Shown: positions 1-9,085 of the stretch, one piece after another
How positions within the stretch are numbered: position 1 is the stretch's first letter
Layout of the letters: every line of letters begins with the position of its first letter
Program-made: the position numbers and the translations under genes
DNA from: an uncultured Pseudomonadota bacterium
Lineage (GTDB): Bacteria > Myxococcota_A > Polyangia > Nannocystales > Nannocystaceae
Assembly: GCA_913061055.1 (NCBI GenBank)
Contig: CAJXVA010000004.1
Span: 505 to 64,504 of the forward strand
DNA: 64,000 nucleotides
Direction of reading: 5' to 3'
The notes under the pieces: generated by a model
What the model was told of the DNA's origin: nothing
What the model saw: the letters and a program-made list of their open reading frames with translations, nothing else
Database searches by the model: none

Positions 1-81
1 CCGCGTCGACTCAAACGTCAACGGATTGGAATGTTGTCATCACAGGAACCTCAGCCCCCTGTCATGCTACGTTCGGTCGGC

Positions 82-1008
82 ATGAAGCGCGCACTGGCCC
101 TTGCCGCGACCGCTCTGCTGGGGACCAGCGGGTGTTTCACCGACGCAACGCAGGAGGGCGGTGGCACCGGCGACCCAGCCTGCGTCGAGGGCTCGGTGAC
201 CTGCCCCTGCTACCCCAACGACACTTGTGATGCCTCGTTGGTCTGCTTCGAAGGCGTGAAGGTCTGCGTCCCAGACAACTGCAACCCCCTCGTGGCGGGC
301 TGCCCCTGTCCGGCCGCGGGTTGTGGAGAGGGGCTGGTTTGCGAAGGACCGGTCTGCGTCGCGAGCGGTCCGGGCACTGGGTCTGGGTCCAGCAGTTCGG
401 GAAGCTCGGGGTCGCTCGACTCCGGTAGCAGCACCTCCAACACCACAGTGGATTCGAGTTCCACGGGCAATCCCTCTGGCGCAACCTCGGTGACGCTGTA
501 CTTCTCGTCGAGCGAGATGCCCTTCAGCAGTGGCGCCGGTCCGAAAGCTTCCCGGGTCGAGGTTCAGAATCTGTGCGAGATGTCGCGATCGAGCGTGAGC
601 GACTCGTGCGTCCAGTCGGCGGCGCTCTTCTCCACGAGCGACTCCGACAGCGTTCTCGATCTCCCCACGACGGCGGGAATGCCATTCTCGGTCCCCGTGC
701 ACTCCACGGACGGCACGGTCATGGCGGACAGTTTGGAGAGTCTGCTGGTCGACGGCAGCGCGATGTCGCTGCTCAACTGGGGAGTCTCTCTGCCCGGCAC
801 GGAGGGCGAAGTTCCCGAATTCTTCTGGTGTGGAAGCCAAGCCAACGGAGCGAACGGCTCCAACTGCAGCGGGTGGACGGTCACCGACGAGGGCATCAAC
901 GGCAAAGGCGGGTCACCGACGTTGAGCGGACAGCCCTTGTTCTGGCTCTCGAGCAACGACTACCCGTGCAACGCTTCGGCACCCGTGCTGTGCGCGTGTT
1001 GGGACTGA
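82..1008 (+). CDS. secreted Cys-rich lipoprotein, function unknown
   Basis: ORF 31..1008. Internal ATG at 82 gives MKRALALAATALLGTSGC (signal peptide plus lipobox). Cys-rich N-terminal module, Ser/Gly linker, Cys-containing C-terminal domain. No family recognised. Confidence 0.6.
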   Translation: MKRALALAATALLGTSGCFTDATQEGGGTGDPACVEGSVTCPCYPNDTCDASLVCFEGVKVCVPDNCNPLVAGCPCPAAGCGEGLVCEGPVCVASGPGTGSGSSSSGSSGSLDSGSSTSNTTVDSSSTGNPSGATSVTLYFSSSEMPFSSGAGPKASRVEVQNLCEMSRSSVSDSCVQSAALFSTSDSDSVLDLPTTAGMPFSVPVHSTDGTVMADSLESLLVDGSAMSLLNWGVSLPGTEGEVPEFFWCGSQANGANGSNCSGWTVTDEGINGKGGSPTLSGQPLFWLSSNDYPCNASAPVLCACWD

Positions 1009-1029
1009 GGCTCGTCCTAGCAGAACGTC

Positions 1030-2895
1030 TCAGTCCGGCACCACGTTGGCGAAGTCGATCAACCGATCGGCCTCCGCTTCGAGAATCCCGGCGGTCTCGG
1101 GGCCCAACGAGTTGGTCTCCTCGTAGTGATCGCCTTCGGCCTGGTCGAAGTACGGCATCGTGTCCGCCACTACGAAATCGTACTGCGGGATGATGTAGCC
1201 CAGCTCGTCGTTGCCCAGTCCGATGAGCCACGGGCGAGGTGCATCGGGCGGGGTCAGCCGCTCCAGCAGGTACGGACCCTCCGGCGCCGCGTCCAGGTTG
1301 GGCGGCACCGGATTCCCATCGTCGAGGAGGGTCGCCTCGTCGGTGTGGAGCGCCGAGCCGTCGTATCCGCCGATCGCGATCTCCGGAAGAAGCTCGCCGG
1401 GGATCGTCAGCATTCGCAGCGGGCCGAGTTCCAACAACATCATCTCGGTGATGATCCGTTGTGGGGTTTCTTTGATGAGCTCGTCGCGCTCGATCACACC
1501 GGCATTGAAGCCCAGGACGTACAACGTGTTCTCCACCGGCAGCTCGAACGAGTTGCCCATCACGCGCAGCTTGGGGTCCGCGACCTCGTTCGCGCTGTCC
1601 AACGCATCCAGCGCGGCCTCTCCCAGCAGCTGACCGATCGAGTCGGCCTTGTCGAATGAAGGCGCAGAGAACGTGTCGCCATCGGGGTTCGTGACCTCGA
1701 CGCCAAGCGTGGTCATCATGCCGCCGACCGCTCCGTTGATGACGATCGCCGTGCCGCCCACGCCGTCGCGTCCCGGAGCACGCCGCCACTGCGACCCCTG
1801 TTCGACCGTCCTGCGCATGGCGTGCACGAAGTCGGCGGTGAGCAGCGTGTTGAGGCTGCCCAGCGTCTCGGGATGACACCCGTAGTTGACCAACGTGACG
1901 ATCGGCTCTGGGCCCTCGCCTTCGAGCGAAAGCACCGAAACGGTGGGGTCGACGACCCACGGATCCCGACTGTCACGAATCAGATTGGACGCGCCGCCCG
2001 GCTGCGCCAGACTCGAGTCGATGGAACCGGTGCGAATCGCGGTCACCGGTTCAAGCGCACCGATCGCTTCGAGCGTGGCCTCGACCGCCGCTGCACGCCA
2101 CTGCGCCCCGTAGGCAGAGGAGTCGTACCCCGAGACCAGTGGGCCCTCGCCCCACAAGCCCATCGTGTCCGGTCCTTCGTGGTTGTGCAGGGCGTGCACG
2201 ATGACCGCGTCGACGTCGGCCCCGGCCTCATCGAAGGCGGCCCGAATTCGGGTGACGTCGGGGCGGAAGATGCCGACCGTGTCGACGGCCAACACGGCCA
2301 CCCGAACCTCGCCCTGGTCCAGGACCAACACCCGGACGTCGATCCCGTCGCCTTCTCCAACGAGACCCTCGTTCACACCGCGGATGCCCGTGGCCAGCCG
2401 GTTCCCCTGGAAACCGGCGACAAACACCCGCGCGAAATCGCCGTCGCCTTCACCCTCGTCCGCTCCTGGATATCCGTCGTCTTCCGGACACAACCGATCG
2501 CATCCGCAGTCGAGGAAGGTGTCATCGCCGTCGAACACCGCGTTGCCGTCGACGTCGACCCAGGCCTCGAAGCACTCGGGGACGATCGAGCGAACCGATG
2601 CCGCCGCACGAAGGGCCCCTTCGTTGGACGCACACTCGGGCACATTCGGGTCCGGGCAGAGAAACTCCGGTGGCTCGGCCGGAGTGCTCCCCGTGCTGCT
2701 GCTCCCGCCGCTCGACGAGCTCTCGTCGGAGGACGCAACCGCGTCGGTCGAGCTCGATGTGCCCGCGCTCGACGTCTCGTCGGACGATCCTGCGCCGGTC
2801 GAGGACGTGCCGTTACTCGCCGCGGCTGGGCCGCCGTCCTCACCGCATGCGGCACCGACGAGCAACGCCGCCGTAATCCAACCCCATCGCGTCAT
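1030..2895 (-). CDS. lipoprotein, neutral/alkaline ceramidase-like hydrolase (tentative)
   Basis: Part of ORF 1030..4212. In-frame ATG at 2893-2895 gives MTRWGWITAALLVGAACGE lipobox. The VIVHALHNHEGPDTMG motif resembles the HxHxGP zinc-site motif of neutral ceramidases. The upstream part of the long ORF is Arg/Gly-rich junk. Confidence 0.55.
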   Translation of the reverse strand: MTRWGWITAALLVGAACGEDGGPAAASNGTSSTGAGSSDETSSAGTSSSTDAVASSDESSSSGGSSSTGSTPAEPPEFLCPDPNVPECASNEGALRAAASVRSIVPECFEAWVDVDGNAVFDGDDTFLDCGCDRLCPEDDGYPGADEGEGDGDFARVFVAGFQGNRLATGIRGVNEGLVGEGDGIDVRVLVLDQGEVRVAVLAVDTVGIFRPDVTRIRAAFDEAGADVDAVIVHALHNHEGPDTMGLWGEGPLVSGYDSSAYGAQWRAAAVEATLEAIGALEPVTAIRTGSIDSSLAQPGGASNLIRDSRDPWVVDPTVSVLSLEGEGPEPIVTLVNYGCHPETLGSLNTLLTADFVHAMRRTVEQGSQWRRAPGRDGVGGTAIVINGAVGGMMTTLGVEVTNPDGDTFSAPSFDKADSIGQLLGEAALDALDSANEVADPKLRVMGNSFELPVENTLYVLGFNAGVIERDELIKETPQRIITEMMLLELGPLRMLTIPGELLPEIAIGGYDGSALHTDEATLLDDGNPVPPNLDAAPEGPYLLERLTPPDAPRPWLIGLGNDELGYIIPQYDFVVADTMPYFDQAEGDHYEETNSLGPETAGILEAEADRLIDFANVVPD

Positions 2896-2964
2896 TCCAC
2901 GGATGTACCAAGAACCGGAGACTCCCGACTTCCCCAAACGGTTGACCGCTGTTAGCGTGATCTC

Positions 2965-3393
2965 ATGCGCAGGGCATGGATCGGACTGGGGTTTGTCGTT
3001 GCGAGCGCATCGAGCGGTTGTTACGAGGCACCGCCGATGAGCGTGGAGGGCAACCTCTCCGTGCAAGGAGAAGAGCTCGGCACCTGGGATCTCGACCCGG
3101 GCATCTGCATCGGCGGCTTCAGCCAGGAGATCGACGTGTCGAGTCACGACGGCGAGCGATGCGTTCGCTTCGTCGACGACGCGGAGCTGGGCCCGACCAT
3201 CGTTGCGTTTGTCCCCGGAACACAGGACGGGTTTGTCTTCACCGAAGACGACTGCGAAGAGTTCTACGTGCGACTCGATCGAACGGTCGACCAGAAGGGC
3301 CTGCTGTACAACCACGGCGGCGAGATGGTGGTCGATTGCACGAGCGAGAACGGGACCATCTCCGGCCGCGTGCAGTTCGACGGCTGCTGGTAG
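2965..3393 (+). CDS. small lipoprotein, unknown function
   Basis: MRRAWIGLGFVVASASSGC lipobox. Good G/C third-position bias. 142 aa. Confidence 0.6.
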   Translation: MRRAWIGLGFVVASASSGCYEAPPMSVEGNLSVQGEELGTWDLDPGICIGGFSQEIDVSSHDGERCVRFVDDAELGPTIVAFVPGTQDGFVFTEDDCEEFYVRLDRTVDQKGLLYNHGGEMVVDCTSENGTISGRVQFDGCW

Positions 3394-3453
3394 CCACAGG
3401 CTTCGCCACACGGCGCTCGCATCGAGCGACCGGTCGCGGCATGATGCGGCCGA

Positions 3454-4413
3454 ATGCTGGCGCTCGCGCTCGCGCTCGCCTCGTTGGCGACCGAAGTCTC
3501 TTGGACAGATCGTAGCGGTCAGTGCCCCGCATCCCGTGGGCAAGGGCTTGTGGACGCTGCAGCAGAGGGCTTCGAGGGAGCATCGATCGACATCGAGGTC
3601 GAGGCCACCGACGACGGACTCGCCGCCACGCTGAGGCTCGAGACGCCCAACGGCGTGCAAACACGGACGCTTCAGAGTCCGGCTTGCGACACGCTCGTCG
3701 AAGCCGCGGTGCTGATCACCCGTGCGGCTGCGATGGCGACGATGGTCCCCGAGCCTCCGGTTGAGCCCGAGCCCGAGCCCGAACCTGCGCCCGAACCCGT
3801 TCCAGCGCCCGTGTCTTGGGCCGAGCCGGCGACCGAGGCAACCAACTCGTCGCCCGCGGACCTCGCACCCATCGAGCCCAGGACGCCAGCAGCACCGCGT
3901 CCGTTGTTTGCCTCCCTGCGCGCGTTTGGCTTCGGCTCCTTTGGCATCACACCGGGGTTCGGCGGCGGCGGCGGGCTTGCCGTCGGTCTCGGCTCGAAGT
4001 TCTGGCGCGCCGAAGTCCTCGGAATGGTCGCGGCCCCCACCACCACCGATCGGCAACCCGGCGTCGTCGCCTGGGCGTGGACCGTCGGCGCCCGCGGCTG
4101 TGGAACGCTCGACGTCTTGGACGGGCGACTCCAGCCCGGCCTGTGTGGCGGCGTCGAAGCCGGAGAGCAGCTCGGCGAGGGCACCGGCGCCCTGATCAAC
4201 ACCCAGCCCCAACGAGGCGCCTGGATCGCCGCGACCCTCGGGCCCACGCTACGGGCCTTCGTGATCCCCGGGCTCGCGATCGTCCTGGATGCCGATGCAG
4301 TCGTGTCCGTCCTCAGACCGGGGTTCGAGGTGCGCGATGGCCCCCGGCACGAACCCACCGTGGTCGCGCCTCGGGTCGCTCTCGGGTTCGAGCTGCATCT
4401 ACCGCGTCGCTGA
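3454..4413 (+). CDS. hypothetical secreted / outer-membrane-like protein with (EP)n linker
   Basis: 319-aa ORF with a hydrophobic N-terminus, a PEPPVEPEPEPEPAPEP linker, and a Gly-rich C-terminal half with alternating beta-strand-like pattern. Confidence 0.5.
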   Translation: MLALALALASLATEVSWTDRSGQCPASRGQGLVDAAAEGFEGASIDIEVEATDDGLAATLRLETPNGVQTRTLQSPACDTLVEAAVLITRAAAMATMVPEPPVEPEPEPEPAPEPVPAPVSWAEPATEATNSSPADLAPIEPRTPAAPRPLFASLRAFGFGSFGITPGFGGGGGLAVGLGSKFWRAEVLGMVAAPTTTDRQPGVVAWAWTVGARGCGTLDVLDGRLQPGLCGGVEAGEQLGEGTGALINTQPQRGAWIAATLGPTLRAFVIPGLAIVLDADAVVSVLRPGFEVRDGPRHEPTVVAPRVALGFELHLPRR

Positions 4414-4501
4414 CCCCCCGCCGGTTCGACGCCCGCGTGGTCCCCGCGAGCGCGGGTCATTTTCTTCGACGGATTCGGCATGCTCGTGGGATGGGTAGGG
4501 G

Positions 4502-5053
4502 ATGACGTCGGGCCCCAGCGCGGTACCTCGCGCCGCCCCGACCCAGCGGGACGGGTTCGAGGCGCTCTTCGGGGCGCACCACGACTTCGTGCGCCGAAGC
4601 GCCCTCGCGCTTGGGGTCCCAGCTCGCCTGGCCGACGATGTGGTCCAAGACGTCTTCATCGTCGCCCTCCGCCGGCTGGACGATCTGCGCCCCGACGCGA
4701 GTCCGCGCGGCTGGCTGTACAGCATTCTGCGAAACGTCGCCCGGCGTGCCAAAGCCAAGGATGCCCGCCGGCCCCCACTCCATCTCGCGAAGGACGCGGA
4801 TGCGCCCGTCGACGAGGCCCTGGACTGGCGCCGAGCCGCGAGCGTCGTCGAATCCTTCATGGCCGCCCTCGATGACGAGAAGCGAGAGATCTTCGTCCTG
4901 TGTGAACTCGAGGGCATGACCGCTCCTGAGGTTGCCGCCGCCGCCTCCATCAAACTCAACACCGTCTATTCGCGGCTCCGTACGGTGCGCGCGCTCTTTG
5001 CCAAAGCCGTCGCCCGCGAGGAAGCCAAGCGACAGCGACCGAGGTCCCGATGA
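4502..5053 (+). CDS. ECF-type RNA polymerase sigma-70 factor
   Basis: Region 2 (DVVQDVFIVALRR, WLYSILRN) and region 4 HTH (LEGMTAPEVAAAASIKLNTVYSRLRTVR). 183 aa. Confidence 0.85.
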   Translation: MTSGPSAVPRAAPTQRDGFEALFGAHHDFVRRSALALGVPARLADDVVQDVFIVALRRLDDLRPDASPRGWLYSILRNVARRAKAKDARRPPLHLAKDADAPVDEALDWRRAASVVESFMAALDDEKREIFVLCELEGMTAPEVAAAASIKLNTVYSRLRTVRALFAKAVAREEAKRQRPRSR

Positions 5054-5757
5054 CTGCCGACCCGCGCAACGACTACCTCGCCGCCTACCGCCGCAGCGTC
5101 GAATCTCCGCCCGGGGCTCGCGAGAACAACCTGCAAGCGGTGCTGGAGCGTGCTGGCCAGCTGGAGGCGGCTGAACCCGAGCCCACGCGATGGGCGGCCA
5201 GCGCTCTGATCCTCAAGCTCACGACGGTCGCTCTCGTGACAACTGGGCTTGGATGGGGGGCCGTCTCCGTGCTCTCTGAGGATGCGCCTCAGCCTGCCGT
5301 CAACGCCGTGACTCCGGCACCAGAGGTGACGCAGCCTGCCCCGCCCGCCCGGGCCGCCTCGCTTGCGAGCCCGGCGACGATCTCGAAGCCCGAGCCGCCC
5401 GCGCCCACACCCCAGCCGATCGCCGTCCCGGCGACCGCGCCTCGCCACCCTGCCGTGGCCCCGAAACCTGAGAGCAAACCCGAGGCTGCCGCCGACCGTC
5501 TCCGCGAAGAGATCGCGCTTCTCGACTCCGCCCAGCGGCACCTGGCGGCCGGTCACATCGCACAAGCCGATCGTGTATTGCGAGAGCACGCCCGCCGCTT
5601 TCCTCGAGGAACCCTCTCGCTGGAACGCTCGGCCTGGAGCGCGATTGCAGCCTGCTCCGGTTCGGGACCGCAGCCCAAGGCCGCCGCACGATCCTTCATC
5701 CTGACCCACGCGGACACCCCCCTGGGCGCGAAGGTCAAGGCCGAGTGCGACCTGTGA
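5050..5757 (+). CDS. putative anti-sigma factor (single-pass membrane protein)
   Basis: ATGA overlap with the sigma gene stop. One TM helix (LILKLTTVALVTTGLGWGAVSVL). Pro-rich periplasmic linker and helical C-terminal domain. Confidence 0.5.
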   Translation: MTADPRNDYLAAYRRSVESPPGARENNLQAVLERAGQLEAAEPEPTRWAASALILKLTTVALVTTGLGWGAVSVLSEDAPQPAVNAVTPAPEVTQPAPPARAASLASPATISKPEPPAPTPQPIAVPATAPRHPAVAPKPESKPEAAADRLREEIALLDSAQRHLAAGHIAQADRVLREHARRFPRGTLSLERSAWSAIAACSGSGPQPKAAARSFILTHADTPLGAKVKAECDL

Positions 5758-5810
5758 TGGTTTCGCGAAAAAGGGTCGACGGATTCAAAGACCTTGTCGG
5801 ATTGGTGAAC

Positions 5811-7385
5811 ATGAAGACGCCGCAACATGCCTCCTTCACTGTGCTCGCGCTCTCGTTGCTTTGTGCGTGCCCTGCCAGCATCGAGGAGGTTGGACAGCTG
5901 CCCAGCGGCACCGAGTCGGACGGGGGGACAGGACAATCGGACGGCTCCTCCGAGAGCGGAGACGAAGGCGGAAGCACCGAAGACGGAGGCAGCGACACTG
6001 GGGACGCCTCGTTCGAATGCGTACTGGGAGGGTTCAGCTGCTGCGACGACCGCGATGCCGACGGCGTGCCCCAGAGTACCGATATCGATCCGAGCGTTCC
6101 CAACCCGCTGCAGCTGGACACCGATGACGACGGCATCGCGGACAAAGTCGATCTGTGTCCGTTCGTTCCCGACGAGAGCGGCCAGAACACCGCGGACTCC
6201 GACCGAGACGGGATCGGCAACGCCTGCGACCTGTGCGCTCAACCGCTGCACGAGTACAACGCGAATAGCCAGGAAGCAGCGATCCCCGACTACATGCAAG
6301 TCCGGCAGTTTCCGCTCGGAGGAGACCTCGACGGGGACGGCGTCGGCGATGCATGTGACAACTGCCCGACCGTACCCAACTGCTTCGACTTCGGCGTGGG
6401 CGAGCCCTTCACGGGCGAAGTTCCCACGAGCGACGGCATCGACTGCCAAGCCGACTCGGACCTCGACGGCGTCGGCGATGCGTGCGACCCAGACCTGGGT
6501 GGCGACGCGAGCTCAGGCTTCGGAGACCAAGACGACTTCGATGGCGACGGCTTGATCAACCAATACGATGCGTGCCCACGCGCGCCGTTGGATGAAGCCC
6601 TCCAGATGGCGTGCGAACCGGGCCAGTGCCCGCAGGGACAGACGTGTACCCCTGACGGCCAATGCAACCACATCGATACCGACGCGGACGGTGTCGGGGA
6701 CGTCTGTGACACGTGCGCCGCAGCACCCAACCCATCGCAAGCGATGGAGGGCGGGTCACAGGACGATGACCCCGACGGGGACGGCGTCGGAGAACTCTGC
6801 GAGATCGGAGCGGACATGGGGTGCGGCGACCGGACGAACCCGGCCCGCGTTGGGTACCATCCAGCATCCGTCGCGGGCCTGTGTTGCACGGTCGAACTCG
6901 TTGGGATGGACGACGGAGGGCTCGCTCGCTCCGAGAGCTGCGACCCGCTCACAGGAGACAGCTCAGGCTGTGTCCCGCTGCTCGCCCCTCACCCGGAGTC
7001 GCCCGGCGAGTTCATCCCGCTGAGACACTCCCCCGCCGACTGCAGCCCAGCCCAACAGGAGGCGTTCGAGTGCGCGCTGCTTCCCGAGGGCGTACTCTCG
7101 ACCCCCGGCATGTTCACGCTTCCTCCCGGCTGCGGGCTCGAGCTCGCTGCACAGGGCGTCACTCGGTACGAGAACCTGGAGCAGGGCGCGGACGAAGGCG
7201 ACAGCCCCTGGCTCCGAGCGTGCCGCCGGCCGCAACTCGACAGCGACTTCGACGGAATTGGCGACGCGTGCGACTTCTGCTCCTCCGCATGGGACCCGAC
7301 GAACATGCCGTTCGTCGACGCCAATGGGAGACTCTGGCCCGACGATGGAGCCGCCTGCAACGGCGAATTCCTCGAGTGCGTCTGA
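5811..7385 (+). CDS. lipoprotein with thrombospondin type-3 (calcium-binding) repeats
   Basis: ATG at 5811 gives the MKTPQHASFTVLALSLLCAC signal. Many DxDxDGxxDxxDxC units, e.g. DSDRDGIGNACDLC and DLDGDGVGDACDNC. Confidence 0.8.
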   Translation: MKTPQHASFTVLALSLLCACPASIEEVGQLPSGTESDGGTGQSDGSSESGDEGGSTEDGGSDTGDASFECVLGGFSCCDDRDADGVPQSTDIDPSVPNPLQLDTDDDGIADKVDLCPFVPDESGQNTADSDRDGIGNACDLCAQPLHEYNANSQEAAIPDYMQVRQFPLGGDLDGDGVGDACDNCPTVPNCFDFGVGEPFTGEVPTSDGIDCQADSDLDGVGDACDPDLGGDASSGFGDQDDFDGDGLINQYDACPRAPLDEALQMACEPGQCPQGQTCTPDGQCNHIDTDADGVGDVCDTCAAAPNPSQAMEGGSQDDDPDGDGVGELCEIGADMGCGDRTNPARVGYHPASVAGLCCTVELVGMDDGGLARSESCDPLTGDSSGCVPLLAPHPESPGEFIPLRHSPADCSPAQQEAFECALLPEGVLSTPGMFTLPPGCGLELAAQGVTRYENLEQGADEGDSPWLRACRRPQLDSDFDGIGDACDFCSSAWDPTNMPFVDANGRLWPDDGAACNGEFLECV

Positions 7386-7517
7386 GCCGCAGCTCTCCCT
7401 CCGGCGGCTCGTGTCATGCGTTGCAGCATGAGACGGGCCGTTGTTCGCGCAACGGCGCCGTCGCGCAAATCCGGAAATTCTCGTGATCACGGCGCGTCCT
7501 CGCAGAACTACCCCGCC

Positions 7518-8408
7518 GTGAACGCCAAAGGCTGCTTGCTTGTTTGTCTTTCCGTTGCCTTGACCGCATGCGATCCGGCCGAGTCCGGAGGCGAAACGGA
7601 CGGAACATCCACAGGAGGTGCCACTTCAGGCGCTCCGCAAAGCTCGTCTGGGGAGACCTCGAATGGAGAGACCTCGGCTGGAGAGACCTCGAATGGAGAG
7701 ACCTCGGCTGGAGAGACCTCGGCTGGAGAGACCGGCAGCGACCCGACCGGTGGCGAACCGCTGAGCGTCAACGCCCCTTGCGTCGATGAAGACAGCGCGT
7801 TCCCGCTCGTCGACGCGGTCGTGGCCAAGGCCGACTCCAGCCCCTACGCGCGAGCGGTGGTCGACGGACAAGCCGAGATCGACGCGATGCTGTCCGACAT
7901 CGCGGCGCTCCCCTTCCCCGACAGCTCTGCGACCGCGGCCGAGGCCGACGGGCTCGCGGTGCAGGAAGGAGACGTTGCGTACACCTGGGGCACCGACCCT
8001 CAGCGCTACCTCTACATCGAAAACGGTGCCGGCTACTCCGTCTTCCAATACGACGGCGAGGACGACCTTCTGCCGCGAGAAGTGGTCTATGTGGACCAGG
8101 ACGAGGCCTGCATGTCCTTCGCGGTCACGAACTACGCCTTCGGAACCGAGGGCGATGCCGAAGAAGGCGACATCTTGCTGGGGTTCGGCATCGACCAGGC
8201 CGGCACGGCGACCTTCTACCAGTTTGCCCGCAACCTCTACCTGCCCGACGTCGCCGAGTACCGGATGCGGACCTACGAGGATTCGTCCGGTGACTACGCC
8301 CGCACCATCGGCGGAGCCGCAGATCTGGAGATCGGGTGGACAGCGCGGGGCGAGGGCACCTTCGTCCGCTACGAAGACAGCGTCGAGGTGGAGTCGGGGC
8401 TGTGGTGA
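7518..8408 (+). CDS. lipoprotein with GETS[NA] tandem repeat
   Basis: In-frame GTG at 7518 gives VNAKGCLLVCLSVALTAC lipobox, followed by a 15-bp coding tandem repeat and then an acidic globular domain. Confidence 0.6.
   Translation: MNAKGCLLVCLSVALTACDPAESGGETDGTSTGGATSGAPQSSSGETSNGETSAGETSNGETSAGETSAGETGSDPTGGEPLSVNAPCVDEDSAFPLVDAVVAKADSSPYARAVVDGQAEIDAMLSDIAALPFPDSSATAAEADGLAVQEGDVAYTWGTDPQRYLYIENGAGYSVFQYDGEDDLLPREVVYVDQDEACMSFAVTNYAFGTEGDAEEGDILLGFGIDQAGTATFYQFARNLYLPDVAEYRMRTYEDSSGDYARTIGGAADLEIGWTARGEGTFVRYEDSVEVESGLW
7652..7733 (+). repeat. 15-bp coding tandem repeat (about 5 copies, ggagagacctcgRMt)
   Basis: Read directly: gagacctcgaatggagagacctcggctggagagacctcgaatggagagacctcggctggagagacctcggctggagagacc. 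Confidence 0.9.
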
Positions 8409-8414
8409 GTGGCT

Positions 8415-9014
8415 TCAATCCCCCGGCGTCAGGACGAACGGGTATGTCACCACCACCGCCTCGCCCTCTGACTTCGGAAACTTCCAGCGCTTGACGGCGT
8501 TCGCCGTGCACGAGGCAACCGCATCATCGTCTTCGTCCAGGGTGCTCGACGCGACCACGGACTCCAGCACCTTTCCCCCTGAGCCGATCGTGAACTGCAC
8601 CGCAACCCGACCCGAGAGCTCGGGGTCGGTGCTCAGCCCCTGGTTGTAGCAGTGGCGAACTTCGTTGATGTGGGCGCGAACGATGCGGCGGATGATGTCG
8701 CGATCGAGCGGGCCGACGACTTCCGCTTTGGCCTGCCGAACCCGTGGCGGCGCCGGAGGGGTTTTCTCGGCAACCGGATGGGGCCCCCCATTCTCCTGAG
8801 CGGAGCTCCGAACGACTTCCGCGAGCGTGGGCGGTGCCGGAGTCGGCACCGCCTCGGTGATGCACTCGCAGCGACACGTCTGATCGACGACGATCGGCTC
8901 TCCCGGGGCCAACGCGGTCCAGACGGCCAGGGAGCCCGCCACCGCGCCGGCGATGCCCACAATCGCGACGGTGAACGCAGAGGTGCTCGAGCGGCTGGGT
9001 ACAGGCGTGTTCAT
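8415..9014 (-). CDS. TonB C-terminal-like / AgmX-PglI-type domain protein
   Basis: One TM helix, a Pro-rich spacer, and C-terminal DRDIIRRIVRAHINEVRHCYNQGL...GRVAVQFTI...KFP, typical of myxobacterial TonB_C-like proteins. Start at 9014 (ATG) or 9056 (GTG). Confidence 0.6.
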   Translation of the reverse strand: MNTPVPSRSSTSAFTVAIVGIAGAVAGSLAVWTALAPGEPIVVDQTCRCECITEAVPTPAPPTLAEVVRSSAQENGGPHPVAEKTPPAPPRVRQAKAEVVGPLDRDIIRRIVRAHINEVRHCYNQGLSTDPELSGRVAVQFTIGSGGKVLESVVASSTLDEDDDAVASCTANAVKRWKFPKSEGEAVVVTYPFVLTPGD

Positions 9015-9085
9015 CTCTGGCACCGACACGAGAAAGCGCCGACCGGTTTCCACCAATCGACGCCCCCAATCTCGAACCTACGCGG

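Noticed and set aside
2896-4212. N-terminal extensions of long ORFs: 1030..4212, 17482.., 21608.., 26586.., 29416.., 40942.., 37198..38343, 55427..57037 and 60439..62964.
   Set aside because: The extensions run through neighbouring genes or intergenic DNA and translate to junk. Internal starts give proper signal peptides, known family N-termini (e.g. Hen1 LLTITTTH) or 4-bp start/stop overlaps.
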